The position numbers and the translations under genes were made by a program. A DNA stretch of 5,842 nt from a virus. The stretch spans positions 1 to 5,842 of the IMG/VR virus record IMGVR_UViG_3300020030_000030. One strand, written 5' to 3'. Under the pieces are notes generated by a model. The model made no database searches and was not told where the DNA came from. It was given only the letters and a program-made list of their open reading frames with translations. Each line of letters opens with the position of its first letter. The stretch's first letter is position 1. Shown here piece after piece: positions 5,349 to 5,842 of this stretch.

Positions 5349-5842
5349 TTAGCGATTAGATAACCGAGTAGCAAAAGTTTTATTAATAAGATTCTTTTTA
5401 CTTACAGAATACGACATATTCACGAAAAAATTATCCTCAACATTAGATGCAAAAGGCGAATTAACCTGAGACATATCGACAAAAAGCGCGGGAACGTAAG
5501 AATAAGAATAACCAGAAATACCATTTTTAGAATAAACCGAAGAATCGCGCTGCTGGACCCAATAAGAATAAAGAGGAAGCGAACCAACATTACCAGAATA
5601 TCTGGAAATAGAGCCGAGCACTTCGTCGTATGAAGACCTAAATTCATTAAAACAGGGTTCCGAAGAGACAGACGAAGAAGGATCGATACCAAAATTTATT
5701 CCAGAAACATCCTGATAACCAATATCATTGTAAATAGGATTAAAATAATCCGAACCTCGATAATTAAGATAATCAGGACGAATACCAGACCAGTAATACA
5801 CCGGACGAATCGAAAGCATATCGATCATATAACCAGGCTCAT
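5349..5842 (-). CDS. VP1: Major capsid protein VP1, C-terminal part. It is the same gene as 1..1366, and 5792-5842 duplicates 1-51.
   Basis: Track ORF 5349..5828 (MIDMLSIRPVYYWSGIRPDYLNY...) stays open upstream to the window end. Its first residues are identical to the translation of 37->2 at the other end of the window. The stop is TAA at 5351-5349. Confidence 0.93.
   Translation of the reverse strand, partial: EPGYMIDMLSIRPVYYWSGIRPDYLNYRGSDYFNPIYNDIGYQDVSGINFGIDPSSSVSSEPCFNEFRSSYDEVLGSISRYSGNVGSLPLYSYWVQQRDSSVYSKNGISGYSYSYVPALFVDMSQVNSPFASNVEDNFFVNMSYSVSKKNLINKTFATRLSNR
5792..5842. repeat. Direct terminal repeat, copy 2
   Basis: It is identical to 1-51. The capsid reading frame is preserved across the junction. 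Confidence 0.97.

Noticed and set aside
1-5842. tRNA, rRNA, CRISPR array, IS or transposon ends, integrase
   Set aside because: I saw no cloverleaf-like or rRNA-like segments, no regularly spaced direct repeats and no transposase- or integrase-like ORFs. Coding capacity is fully accounted for by the co-oriented phage genes. The only long direct repeat is the terminal assembly overlap.

Overview
The window is one complete circular Microviridae (ssDNA phage) genome, linearised inside the major capsid gene. It carries a 51-nt terminal duplication: 1-51 is identical to 5792-5842, so the unit length is 5,791 nt. All credible genes are on the minus strand, so the sequence shown is the complement of the coding, T-rich strand. 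Reading the minus strand around the circle, the order is as follows. VP1 major capsid (1366->1, continuing 5791->5349; 602 aa). Acidic 102-aa ORF (5328->5020). The only sizeable non-coding region (5019->4787, rich in inverted repeats). A 65-aa predicted lipoprotein or membrane protein (4786->4589). VP2 DNA-pilot/minor capsid protein (4586->3348). Two ORFans of about 107 aa (3342->3016 and 3013->2690). A possible 25-27 aa highly basic peptide (2727->2644). A 65-aa ORFan (2644->2447). VP4 HUH rolling-circle Rep (2443->1373). Genes are packed with 2-6 nt gaps or small overlaps. None has a Shine-Dalgarno sequence, which suggests a non-Bullavirinae microvirus with a Bacteroidota-type host (Alpavirinae-like); this host assignment is an inference. 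I saw no tRNA, rRNA, CRISPR array, IS element, integrase, phiX-type spike (G) gene or recognisable lysis gene. The items most worth follow-up are the stand-alone small lipoprotein, the nearly stop-free hydrophobic +1 frame (the setting in which phiX174 gene E arose), the J/ORF8-like basic micro-ORF, and the structured intergenic region.
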